Part shown: positions 25,336-33,826 of the stretch, in pieces
Layout of the letters: each line of letters starts with the position of its first letter
Numbering within the stretch: the first letter of the stretch is position 1
IMG/VR virus record: IMGVR_UViG_3300017780_004980
Span: 1-64,000 of that record
Source of the DNA: a virus
DNA length: 64,000 bases
Strand: one strand, 5' to 3'
Notes under the pieces: model-generated
What the model was told of the DNA's origin: nothing
What the model saw: only the letters and a program-made list of their open reading frames with translations
Database searches by the model: none
Translations under genes and position numbers: made by a program

Positions 25336-26322
25336 TTAGGCCCACTCAAGGTCAGAAGCATCGTCGGTCTCCGGGTTATCCCCAGGGGGCAACGCCGTCG
25401 TCTTCGAGATGTTCCAGTAGGCGATCATGTGCGGAGCGAACTCATGCAGGTTCTTGGGCTGCGGGAAGCCCCCGCCCTTCAGATACTGCGGCAGCGAGGG
25501 ACCTGCCCACAAGAGAAATTCCGCCCATCGAGCCAGGCAGTAGTGGCAGACCTCCACCCAGTCCTGTCCGCCGAGCTTGGCGTTTGCAAGTGCTTGCAAG
25601 ACCTTCTTCAGCGGACCCATGTAGGCCAGCTTGAACACCGGGACGGCCTGACCCTGAACCTCCTTCAGAGCTCCAGCGTACAGCTCGTACAGGATGGTCG
25701 GACTAACCTTGTGCGGCAGCGCCTTCTTCGCGGGCAGGACGATCTTCTGGTGCATCCCCATGGGCATGCCGGCTTCGAACTCCGCGACCGCCTTCTGCTT
25801 CTCGGCCAGGACCTCAGCCCCTGTTTTCTTGACCACCTGCTCCTCCTTGATTTCGGTGCTCGGCTCCTCCGGCTGCGAAGCGGCCGGATAGTCTTCTGTC
25901 GTTCCCTGATCTTTCCCGATGTTCTCTTCTATATGATACCGGACATGGTGTCCGGTATGAACCGGACATGGTGTCTGGTTTGAAGCGGACATGGTGTCCG
26001 GTATGCCGGCGCCATTCTGGGCCCCCGAGGGGCGCACGAAACGCAGCCAGTAGACCTTGTAGGGGGCGTCCCGCCGGGCAGGATGCCGGGCCTTGTGGAC
26101 GGCAAGCACCCCCTTGTCGGAGAGCGTCTTTAGGGTCCGCGCGATCTGCCGGTCGGACAGGAACACTCCGTCTTCCCGCAACTCAGCGGCGGTGCGCACG
26201 AGCCACTTCTGGCCGGCGTGCTCGTACTTCAAATGGGGGGACCACCTGGCCAACGCATGCAGGATCGCCTTCTCGGAGGCGGTGCGTCCGTACTGGGCGT
26301 AGTTCGGCGGGGGGTTGGCCAT
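25336..26322 (-). CDS. replication initiator (lambda O-like, N-terminal wHTH)
   Basis: WLVRTAAEL..LSDRQIARTLKTLSDKGVL wHTH; internal iterons; upstream of loader and helicase. Confidence 0.75.
   Translation of the reverse strand: MANPPPNYAQYGRTASEKAILHALARWSPHLKYEHAGQKWLVRTAAELREDGVFLSDRQIARTLKTLSDKGVLAVHKARHPARRDAPYKVYWLRFVRPSGAQNGAGIPDTMSASNQTPCPVHTGHHVRYHIEENIGKDQGTTEDYPAASQPEEPSTEIKEEQVVKKTGAEVLAEKQKAVAEFEAGMPMGMHQKIVLPAKKALPHKVSPTILYELYAGALKEVQGQAVPVFKLAYMGPLKKVLQALANAKLGGQDWVEVCHYCLARWAEFLLWAGPSLPQYLKGGGFPQPKNLHEFAPHMIAYWNISKTTALPPGDNPETDDASDLEWA
25936..26001. repeat. three palindromic iterons, putative replication origin
   Basis: CGGACA-TGG-TGTC(C/T)G with GGACATGGTGTC cores at 25941, 25964 and 25987 (23-bp period) inside the initiator gene. 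Confidence 0.75.
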
Positions 26323-26463
26323 GCTTTGTCACTAGGGAAAAAGGGGGGGACCGCGAGCGTCCTTACTCACGGTCCCCAGTTATCCAAGGGCGATGCAAAG
26401 ACGACGCCGGAGGGAGAATTGGCGGTCTAACCCTTGGAGGCGATCAGAGTAGCAGGGTCGGGG

Positions 26464-27294
26464 CTAGTAGTCTTCCCCTTCGTCGCCACCGAAGTCGTCG
26501 GAGCCCTCGTCGTCACCCATGGGCGCGACGTCGGTGCCGGCCACGACCTTGAGCTTGAGCGGGGCCAGCTGCGCGTGCGCCGCCGACGCCTGTGACAGGG
26601 TGGTCAGTTCCTCGACGAGGGCGGGCTTGGCCGGGGGCACGTAGTCGGGGTCCTGCGCGCCGGCCTGTTCGGCCACAGCGGCTTCAGCAGCGGCGATGTC
26701 GTCCTCGTAGGCCTTCATCTGCTCGGCGAAGGCCTTCTCGGCCGCCTCCTTCTGCTGCTTGAGCACGACGAGACGCGCGGCCGGGTCGCTGTGGGCCGCG
26801 ACCTGGGCGAAGAACGCCTCGGCGGTGCCGTAGACGAACTCGTCGAAGTCCTCGGCGGAGACGATCCACTTGTCGAGCGGCACGACAGCCTGGATCAGCT
26901 CCCTGATCTTGCTGGCGTAGCGGATCGCCTTGAGGTCGCCCAGCGCCCGGTTGGCCTCGTCGGGGGTCCGGTCGAGGATGATCGTGCGGATCAGGCTGGC
27001 GCGCTTGTAGTCAGCCTTCTCCCACGGGAAGTCGAACGCCTTGTTCGGCGAGACCGTCTTCTTCGCGGAAGCCTCACCGAACGCCGAGACGTTGGTCTGC
27101 GCCGCCGACCTCATGCGGAAGGCCGCCATGATCTTGGGGCCGTCCTTGTCGACCAGGCCGAACAGCGGCTTGATGCCGAGCTGCATGCCCGTTTCCTCGT
27201 CGCAGGCCACGACGATGTAGTCCATCTTGCCCTCGGTGCCGTACATGCGGGGGTATTTCTCCTTGTCTTCAAACTTAGCCAGGATGGCTTCCAT
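26464..27294 (-). CDS. hypothetical protein
   Basis: 276 aa, AGGAGG RBS, acidic tail. Confidence 0.85.
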   Translation of the reverse strand: MEAILAKFEDKEKYPRMYGTEGKMDYIVVACDEETGMQLGIKPLFGLVDKDGPKIMAAFRMRSAAQTNVSAFGEASAKKTVSPNKAFDFPWEKADYKRASLIRTIILDRTPDEANRALGDLKAIRYASKIRELIQAVVPLDKWIVSAEDFDEFVYGTAEAFFAQVAAHSDPAARLVVLKQQKEAAEKAFAEQMKAYEDDIAAAEAAVAEQAGAQDPDYVPPAKPALVEELTTLSQASAAHAQLAPLKLKVVAGTDVAPMGDDEGSDDFGGDEGEDY

Positions 27295-27295
27295 G

Positions 27296-28510
27296 TCAGT
27301 CCTCCTTGACCGCCGGGTTTAGCAGTCCTTCCTCAGTGAGCGTGGACACCACCGCTTCGTTGATCGCAGCGTGGGCCACCAGTTCGGGGTTCGTCGTCGA
27401 GAACAACGACTTGACCCGCTTCTCAACCGCAGCCTTGGCCGCAGCAGGATCGCCGACCTTGAACGTCTTCAGGACGTTCTGGGCAAAGGGCATCGCCTCG
27501 AAGAGGGTCAGCCCGTGGAATTCGATGGACGCCGAGATGCGGCCTTCCCGGAACATCTCCGGGGGCAGCTTCTTCTCGTCGTTGGTCGTCATGGCGACGA
27601 AGACCTTCGAGCGGTTCTCCTGCATGAACCACAGGAGCTGGCTGCGGATTTTCTCCTGGACGCTGTCACCGCCCTTGGCCATCATCTTCTCGATCTCGTC
27701 CATCAGCAGGACGCAGGGCGCCTCGTGTTTCACCTGGGCGAGGATCGCGGCGACGTTCTGTTCGCTCTCGCCATGCCACTTCGAATTGAAGTCCACCGCC
27801 AGGCGGTAGGCGGGCACCCCCCAGCGGTTGGCGAGGTACTTGACGCCCTGGGTCTTGCCCGTGCCCGGCGTGCCCTTCAGCAGGGCTCCACGGGGCACCA
27901 CACGCCAGTCGTAGTCGCCGAGGAAGTAGTCGCGCTTGCTATCGACGAACGCGGCCCACGCCTTGGGCGGTTCGTAGTATTCGAGGTCGGTGTCGATCTG
28001 GCTGAAGCCTTGCAGCGGCGGAACGATCTGCCGGCGGATCGCCGTGATCGACTGCGGCGTCAGGGCGTCGTTGTCGACGGCGGACAGGCGCATCACCTCC
28101 ACGCTCTCCTTGAGCGTAAGGCCACCAAGAGCGGGCATCAGGGTGCCGACGTAGTCCTTGATCGCCGGCGTCGGCGGGCCGTTCGAGAGAGCCTCCGTCA
28201 AGGCCTTGAAGACCATGTCCCGGGGGGTGATCAGGTCACCGACGTCGAAGGCCTCGGGGATCGGGTTGGTCGGGTTGATCACCAGCAGGGTCGAGCCCGC
28301 CTTGGTGAACTTCTCGTAGACGAGGCGCCAGGGTTCCTTGAGGGCGGTGCCGCCCCAGATGAACAGCAGCGCCTTCTGAAGGATCGTCGTCCCGTCCCAC
28401 TGGATCATGGGCTTTCCGGAGGTGTACCGGATGACGTCGGCGACATTGATGGTGTCGCGCGTCCGCAATGTGATGATCGGCAGCTGGCCGAGGACCGCTT
28501 GTCGTAGCAT
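27296..28510 (-). CDS. AAA+ ATPase (Ycf46/FtsH-like)
   Basis: GTPGTGKT, KWHGESE, DEIEK, TTN..LPPE.FREGR. Confidence 0.9.
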   Translation of the reverse strand: MLRQAVLGQLPIITLRTRDTINVADVIRYTSGKPMIQWDGTTILQKALLFIWGGTALKEPWRLVYEKFTKAGSTLLVINPTNPIPEAFDVGDLITPRDMVFKALTEALSNGPPTPAIKDYVGTLMPALGGLTLKESVEVMRLSAVDNDALTPQSITAIRRQIVPPLQGFSQIDTDLEYYEPPKAWAAFVDSKRDYFLGDYDWRVVPRGALLKGTPGTGKTQGVKYLANRWGVPAYRLAVDFNSKWHGESEQNVAAILAQVKHEAPCVLLMDEIEKMMAKGGDSVQEKIRSQLLWFMQENRSKVFVAMTTNDEKKLPPEMFREGRISASIEFHGLTLFEAMPFAQNVLKTFKVGDPAAAKAAVEKRVKSLFSTTNPELVAHAAINEAVVSTLTEEGLLNPAVKED

Positions 28511-28565
28511 GTGAAACTCGCATCTAGGGCTCCGGTTGTCCGGCTTTTGCCCTTGGTTATGGATT

Positions 28566-28593
28566 ACGATAGCCCTGTGGGGCGACGGGTCAA
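28566..28593 (-). promoter_or_regulatory. sigma70-type promoter
   Basis: TTGACC-N16-TATCGT. Confidence 0.75.
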
Positions 28594-28958
28594 GAGGGGA
28601 AGCGGAATATGCCGTCCTGGCCCCGATAGACCCGCCGCTCGACCTTCTTCTTGTTCTGCCGGAAGGCGACGTAGTGGGTGCCGTCGGCCCGCTGATGGAT
28701 CACCCGGGTCTGGCGGACAGTGCCGCCCTTCGAGTGCGGGAAGTCGATGGGGCAGGGGCCGAGGTTGCGGACCTTGCTGCCGGTCAGGATGACTTCGTGC
28801 CGCACCACAGTTCCCGGGTCGTCGTCTTCCGAGAGGCCGAGGGTGCCCATGCGATACTCGACGGCCTGCCAGATCGCCCGGCGAACAGCCTCCCGATTTA
28901 CGGCACCACCTTCGACTTCGAGGATCACCTCGTATTTGATGATCGTAGGATCAGCCAT
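28590..28958 (-). CDS. hypothetical protein
   Basis: 122 aa in coupled operon. Confidence 0.7.
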   Translation of the reverse strand: MADPTIIKYEVILEVEGGAVNREAVRRAIWQAVEYRMGTLGLSEDDDPGTVVRHEVILTGSKVRNLGPCPIDFPHSKGGTVRQTRVIHQRADGTHYVAFRQNKKKVERRVYRGQDGIFRFPS

Positions 28959-29145
28959 GCCACTTAGGGTCCTTCTTCATCTGGTAGCCGAGCTTGGCTT
29001 CTTCCTTCGTCCAACCCTCGTCCTGCATGCGTTTCAGAGCGAGCTTGTCCTTGTCGGTACGGCAGTGGCCGCACTTCCCGTCCCAGGCTGAAACCTTGCC
29101 CTTGCCGCACCGGCAGGTGATGCGCTGCGGGTTCTTGGACATCAT
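28951..29145 (-). CDS. small zinc-binding protein
   Basis: CRCG...CGHC. Confidence 0.7.
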   Translation of the reverse strand: MMSKNPQRITCRCGKGKVSAWDGKCGHCRTDKDKLALKRMQDEGWTKEEAKLGYQMKKDPKWHG

Positions 29146-29327
29146 TCCTCCCCTTTAGCCGCGAACATAACGCCAGTCCGGGTTACCCTGAACAGGCCAA
29201 GATCAGCGTTGGTGTCCCCTTCCAAGAACGCCTTGTCCAACGCGACGCCGATCAGGCGCTCCATTTCATGCGGCGGCGCGAAGCCTTCGTAGATCAGCTC
29301 CAACGTAAACGTCATGCGCTTGGCCAT
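29142..29327 (-). CDS. hypothetical protein
   Basis: MAKRMTF start, TGATG overlap. Confidence 0.65.
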   Translation of the reverse strand: MAKRMTFTLELIYEGFAPPHEMERLIGVALDKAFLEGDTNADLGLFRVTRTGVMFAAKGEE

Positions 29328-29605
29328 CAGCTCTCCTCCCATTCGGCCAGGAAGCGGTCCCAGGCCCTCTTGGTGTAGCCCTGCTGACTCTCCTGCTCGA
29401 ACTCTTGGTCCGAGTCGACGTCCCGGAACCTGGCGGGGCCGATGCGCCGGCAGGTAGCCCAGTCTTCGACCACACTGGCGCCCCCGGTCTCCTGCCACCG
29501 GCGGGCCTGCATAGCGGCCTTATCGTCCCGGAAGCCGTCCAGCATGAGGACCCAAGGCGGAGTGCCGTCCCGGCCGCGCCAGATGACGTATCGTCTAGCA
29601 GACAT
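29327..29605 (-). CDS. hypothetical protein
   Basis: MSARRYV start, GGAGG RBS, TGATG overlap. Confidence 0.7.
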   Translation of the reverse strand: MSARRYVIWRGRDGTPPWVLMLDGFRDDKAAMQARRWQETGGASVVEDWATCRRIGPARFRDVDSDQEFEQESQQGYTKRAWDRFLAEWEES

Positions 29606-29934
29606 CAGGAGGCCTCCGGCTTCGGGGTGCAGAGCAGGACGGCCAGCAGGCGGTAACAGCCGGTGACGTCCAGGTTCTTGGACATGCGTTCCAGGGCTCC
29701 ATGCGGGTCGTCCCGCTCGATCATCTGGCTGACGTCCTGGATCAGCTCGAAGATCGTCTTGCTGTCCTTCATGCCCATCTGCTTGCAGTTCTCGTAGCCG
29801 GCCTGGCGCCGGAAGAACGGCACCTCGACGCCCATGGCCTCGAATTCGCTTTGGCCGGCCCATTTCTGCTTGGGCGGCTTTCCGGAAACCCATTGCGGCA
29901 TGTTCGGGTCAGGCGCGTTGGCAAAGATGCCCAT
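29605..29934 (-). CDS. hypothetical protein
   Basis: MGIFANAP start, TGATG overlap. Confidence 0.7.
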   Translation of the reverse strand: MGIFANAPDPNMPQWVSGKPPKQKWAGQSEFEAMGVEVPFFRRQAGYENCKQMGMKDSKTIFELIQDVSQMIERDDPHGALERMSKNLDVTGCYRLLAVLLCTPKPEAS

Positions 29935-30152
29935 CACAGGGTCTCCACGGTTTCGGCTTCTTCGAAGCGGACGAGGCGGACCGGCTTGCCCGAGTTGTCG
30001 GCGTGGGCCTGGGCGACCACCCGCATGTTCCTGGCGATGTCCGCCTTGGCGGTGACCAGCGGGGTGTGCTGCCCGATCCCCGGCATGTAGACCGAAACGG
30101 GCCCCTCGGAGCCGTCGGGTTCCTTCACCATCCAAGCGTAGAAGGTGGTCAT
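29934..30152 (-). CDS. hypothetical protein
   Basis: 72 aa, coupled on both sides. Confidence 0.75.
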   Translation of the reverse strand: MTTFYAWMVKEPDGSEGPVSVYMPGIGQHTPLVTAKADIARNMRVVAQAHADNSGKPVRLVRFEEAETVETL

Positions 30153-30319
30153 CAGAACGGCCCCCGGTCGTCGTAGCGGTCGCGGCGCTCGGCCTGTTCT
30201 TCCAGGTGGGCCAGCGATCCTTCGTAGTATTCCTGGCTGTTCACCCAGGCTACGATATCGAACGGCTTGGGGGCGTCCTCGGCGGGGGTGTTCTCGGGGG
30301 GCTTGTCGTCGGTAGGCAT
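30152..30319 (-). CDS. 55-aa acidic protein (absent from ORF track)
   Basis: MPTDDKPPE...DRGPF; hairpin RBS 30323-30338, promoter 30372-30399, TGATG coupling. Confidence 0.7.
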   Translation of the reverse strand: MPTDDKPPENTPAEDAPKPFDIVAWVNSQEYYEGSLAHLEEQAERRDRYDDRGPF

Positions 30320-30371
30320 CTGCGATCCTCCATGATCGGATAGAGGGGCCTGAGAAGGCCCTGTACTCTCT

Positions 30372-30399
30372 ACGGTAGCTAGTTGGCCGGCGGGGTCAA
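30372..30399 (-). promoter_or_regulatory. sigma70-type promoter
   Basis: TTGACC-N16-TACCGT. Confidence 0.75.
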
Positions 30400-30822
30400 T
30401 GGAGAAGCCGGCGGGGGCTTCAGGGGATCACCCAGCTTCGGCTTCTTGGTCCCGAACGGGTCGAACTTCCCGTACCAGGGCTCCGGCATCAGGGTGTTGA
30501 TGATCTGCCGGTTCCGCTGGTCGCAGACGCTCATGATGTGCAGGGCGTCGGCCGTGTTGCCGTTGGCCTTGTGCAGATTGGCCGTCTGGCCGTCCAGCTT
30601 CACCCCGAGCTCCCCCGCGTCGGCGTGCGGGGTCAATTGCGAGACACCCTTCACCGGCACCCGGAGGTCCGGCGGGACGAAGTCACTGCAATTGATCATC
30701 TCCGCTACAATCTGGGGTCTCGGGGTATTTACACAGCCCGCGATTGATAGCGTCGACAAGGCCAGGATCGAGAGGAGCACGAGCGCCGGGCGCCTGCTGG
30801 ATGCGATCTGCGTTGCGTTCAT
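30379..30822 (-). CDS. o-spanin (Rz1-like lipoprotein)
   Basis: lipobox LSIAGC, Pro-rich, overlaps the 3' end of the i-spanin gene. Confidence 0.8.
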   Translation of the reverse strand: MNATQIASSRRPALVLLSILALSTLSIAGCVNTPRPQIVAEMINCSDFVPPDLRVPVKGVSQLTPHADAGELGVKLDGQTANLHKANGNTADALHIMSVCDQRNRQIINTLMPEPWYGKFDPFGTKKPKLGDPLKPPPASPLTPPAN

Positions 30823-31099
30823 GGATCACCACTGTTTCCCGGTCCCGGCTGGCGCCGGCCTGTACGATTGCGAGGACGTCCTGGGCAGTCAGGGCCTCGC
30901 CCTGGGCCTGGGCCGTATCAGCCTTGCCCTGGACGATCTCGACAGCCTGCTTCTCGATGGTCGCCTTCTGGCCGAGGCCGAAGAAGTGCAGGACGTTGCC
31001 GCCCCACGACATCAGCGTGCTCCAGAAGACGAGGATCACGACGATGAAGACCACCGCCCCGATGATCTTCAACCCCCACTTGGCGAGGAACGCCTCCAT
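30683..31099 (-). CDS. i-spanin (Rz-like)
   Basis: N-terminal TM, coiled coil, C-terminal Cys; downstream of endolysin. Confidence 0.8.
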   Translation of the reverse strand: MEAFLAKWGLKIIGAVVFIVVILVFWSTLMSWGGNVLHFFGLGQKATIEKQAVEIVQGKADTAQAQGEALTAQDVLAIVQAGASRDRETVVIHERNADRIQQAPGARAPLDPGLVDAINRGLCKYPETPDCSGDDQLQ

Positions 31100-31549
31100 C
31101 TAGGCTTTCTTGCTCCGCAGCGGGGTGAAGATCGCATTCTCGGCAGACCATCCCATATTGAGGCGGCCTTGGATGGCGAAGTACGTCACCGGACTTATTT
31201 CCGCCCATTCGGCCAACGTCTTAGTTTCCCCGTTTATCGTAATCCATTTAGAGGACCGGCGATTTCGCGCCTGGGTCTGCTGCGTGGACCACTTGCAGTT
31301 CTTGGGCTCATAGTGCCCGTCATTGTCCTTGCGGTCTATGGTCAGAGTGTCAGCGTACCCGGTCTTCAAAGCCCAGGCTCGGAAAGTCTCGAACACCAAC
31401 CACTCGTCACAGACCTTGATGCCTCTTGCCGCGTATTTCTCGTACTCATATCCGACTGTGGCGGAGCATCTTTTAAGCATGCCCCGCCAGATGTTGTGGA
31501 GGCGGGTTCCAGTTTGCCCGTGTCGGGGCCGGCGCTTGATCTCAGACAT
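31100..31549 (-). CDS. HNH homing endonuclease
   Basis: HG..TRL.NIW.GM..RC; TIDRKDNDGHYEPKNCKWST..QARNRR; lower GC. Confidence 0.9.
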   Translation of the reverse strand: MSEIKRRPRHGQTGTRLHNIWRGMLKRCSATVGYEYEKYAARGIKVCDEWLVFETFRAWALKTGYADTLTIDRKDNDGHYEPKNCKWSTQQTQARNRRSSKWITINGETKTLAEWAEISPVTYFAIQGRLNMGWSAENAIFTPLRSKKA

Positions 31550-31597
31550 AAAGACCTTTTAGCGCCGCCCTTTCATCAAAGCAATAGTGAATTTACT

Positions 31598-32083
31598 CTA
31601 GCAAAGCTGATAATGGGGCCCGTCGAGGAAGTCCGCGCCGGCGTGCCGGACCTTGTAGGCCTCCAGGTCGATGCGAAGCCCGGCGCAGGTCGGAGCCAGC
31701 TGGGTGATCTTGCGGTCCCAGATGCCGCCCCAGATCAACGGCACGCCAATGGCGATGGACGCGGCGCGCATGGCGAGGACGATGGGGAAGATGCCGGCGT
31801 CGGACGGCCCGGGCATATCCCAGACCCATTGCGGGCGACCGTCAATGTAGGGCACCAGGTCGACGGCGTGGCTGAAGCCGTCCGCCTGTGCCCGGTGCTT
31901 GGAGTTCATGGTCTTCGACTTGCCCTTGCGGACGAGGAGCGTCTGCTCCGCCAGGGTCCGCAGGCCGTCCATGACGACGAAGTCCTGCTGCGTATTGGCG
32001 ATGGCGTGGTTAACGCAGCTGACCAGGCTCGGGTGGACGCCCTTCAGTTCAGCGAGGCTGCCCGCCCCCAGTCGATAGACCAT
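31598..32083 (-). CDS. endolysin, peptidase M15 (L-Ala-D-Glu peptidase-like)
   Basis: L.GVHP.L, GLRTLAEQ, SKH, HAVDL, WGG.W, DGPHYQL; AAGGAGG RBS. Confidence 0.92.
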   Translation of the reverse strand: MVYRLGAGSLAELKGVHPSLVSCVNHAIANTQQDFVVMDGLRTLAEQTLLVRKGKSKTMNSKHRAQADGFSHAVDLVPYIDGRPQWVWDMPGPSDAGIFPIVLAMRAASIAIGVPLIWGGIWDRKITQLAPTCAGLRIDLEAYKVRHAGADFLDGPHYQLC

Positions 32084-32558
32084 TATCGCCTCCTTCGGCT
32101 TGTGCGTCGGGGCTCTCTCCTGAAGCCCCCGCATCTGAAACCGCACTCTGCTCCGAAATCTGCTCGGTTGCAACCACTTGCAATTCGGTGGTCTTGGTCG
32201 TTTTCGTGGTGGTCTGCGTGGTCTCCGCCTCGGCGTCCACCTCCCCGCTGATCCCGTCCTTGCCGGCGGAGAACTTCAGCTTCTCAAGCCGGTTGCGCTG
32301 GAACCATTGGCCGCCGAAGCCCACCAGCATGGCATAGATTACAGCGATGACTCCGAGCAGGCGGATGCGCTCGATCTCGGTGGGCTGACCCCATTGCGTG
32401 AACCAGCCCGCCAGGATGCAGATCAGGAAGACCGAGACGGCGGTGTTCACCGGCGTGAACAGGAGGGCGAGGACGTCGCGTCCCGCCGAAGCCCAGTCCC
32501 GGATATAGGCCGGGAGGCCGATCATGAATTCGCAGAACCTGGTCCACCACCCACCCAT
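32049..32558 (-). CDS. holin-like membrane protein
   Basis: two or three hydrophobic helices and a hydrophilic tail, immediately upstream of endolysin. Confidence 0.65.
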   Translation of the reverse strand: MGGWWTRFCEFMIGLPAYIRDWASAGRDVLALLFTPVNTAVSVFLICILAGWFTQWGQPTEIERIRLLGVIAVIYAMLVGFGGQWFQRNRLEKLKFSAGKDGISGEVDAEAETTQTTTKTTKTTELQVVATEQISEQSAVSDAGASGESPDAQAEGGDNGLSTGGGQPR

Positions 32559-32582
32559 AGGCGCCCCCTGTGTTGCCTGGCG

Positions 32583-33260
32583 TCAGGCCGATACGGAGAT
32601 ACTACCCGACCAGCCAAACAGCTTTTCGTTTACCACCATAGGCCTGGCCTTGGCCTGGACTTTTATGAAACCCCCATCGGCTTTGCACAGCCGGTAAGAG
32701 CAAGAGAACAGCCGGCGTTCGTCAACAGCGGAGCGCCACTCATGGCGGACCCGCTCGACGTCGTCGGGGTGCAGGATGTTCACCCACCCCCATCCCTGGA
32801 TGTCCGTGACCTGGACCCCGACGAACGTAGCCAGAGACGGGGACGCCCAGGTGTACTGTCCGTGCTCGTCGGTTTCGTAGATCAAGACTGCTTCAGCCAA
32901 GGCCGCGAATATGTGGTCCTGGCGGGAGGCCCACCGCTCCTGCCGTGCTTCTATCCGGGTGATGGCGTCCCTCATCGAGCCACCACCATTGGGGCGGACT
33001 TCAGTGAGGATCGCGGCGAGATTGGCTTCGAGCACGTCAAACTTGGTCTTGACGAATTCTTCGGCCCGCGCGCCGGAGGTGAAGGGTTTCAGCATCGCAG
33101 CTACCACAGCATCTCTCCAGCCTCCCAGGTTGGCCCACACGCCCTTGCCAAACAGCAAAGACCCCAGTGCGGCTAGGGTTCCGACCGTGGCGACCAAGGT
33201 CCCGATATCGGTTTTGACCCATTTGGCCACATGCTCAAACAGCTCCACGAGACCCCCCAT
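32583..33260 (-). CDS. membrane-anchored PAS-domain protein in lysis cassette
   Basis: N-terminal TM, PNGGGSMRD coiled coil, PAS motifs IYETDEHGQYTWAS, GWGWVNILHPDD, YRL...GW.G. Confidence 0.85.
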   Translation of the reverse strand: MGGLVELFEHVAKWVKTDIGTLVATVGTLAALGSLLFGKGVWANLGGWRDAVVAAMLKPFTSGARAEEFVKTKFDVLEANLAAILTEVRPNGGGSMRDAITRIEARQERWASRQDHIFAALAEAVLIYETDEHGQYTWASPSLATFVGVQVTDIQGWGWVNILHPDDVERVRHEWRSAVDERRLFSCSYRLCKADGGFIKVQAKARPMVVNEKLFGWSGSISVSA

Positions 33261-33265
33261 ACGCA

Positions 33266-33281
33266 TTGCAAGTGGTTGCAA
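33266..33281. promoter_or_regulatory. TTGCAA-N4-TTGCAA site at start of lysis cassette
   Basis: exact copy immediately upstream of the PAS gene. Confidence 0.75.
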
Positions 33282-33400
33282 CTAAACTGGGGGCTACCAC
33301 AGCGTGACCACGCCCGCGATACCCCTACCTACCACACTTGGCGAGATCGCCCCTAAAGTCCCAAATAATCTTGGGGATTACTTTCCTTCGTGCGGAGGCG

Positions 33401-33826
33401 TCAGACGACCTCCACCATGCCGGATAGCGTGATGTACGGGAACAGGGTGAGGACCACCCCAAGGACATCCCCGGCCGTGTCTGTCGAGGTGTCCAGGCTT
33501 TGCAGGCCCCCCGTACTGGTATGCGTCCGGGCGCCGCCTGATCCCTCGCTGTCGATAGTCACCACGGTGCCCGAAGGCACGTCAAACTCAAGGTCTACGC
33601 CGGCGGTAACCGTCGCAGGGATCACCTCGCCAAACGAGGGCCGGGCCGTCAGCGCGGGCGAGGCGACGTTTACATACTGCACTGAGGCATTAGCAAGCTG
33701 GCTGGTCAGGGCCAGGGCCGCGTGCCCCCCAGGCGTGTTGTCGGTCACCAGGTCCGACCCACCAATGATCATCCCGACGATCTCTCCTGTCGTGGAGTTG
33801 TATATCACGCTGGTCCCGGCGGTCAT
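33401..33826 (-). CDS. small tail tip-associated protein
   Basis: follows J with ATGA overlap; VIYN..TGEI motif. Confidence 0.7.
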   Translation of the reverse strand: MTAGTSVIYNSTTGEIVGMIIGGSDLVTDNTPGGHAALALTSQLANASVQYVNVASPALTARPSFGEVIPATVTAGVDLEFDVPSGTVVTIDSEGSGGARTHTSTGGLQSLDTSTDTAGDVLGVVLTLFPYITLSGMVEVV

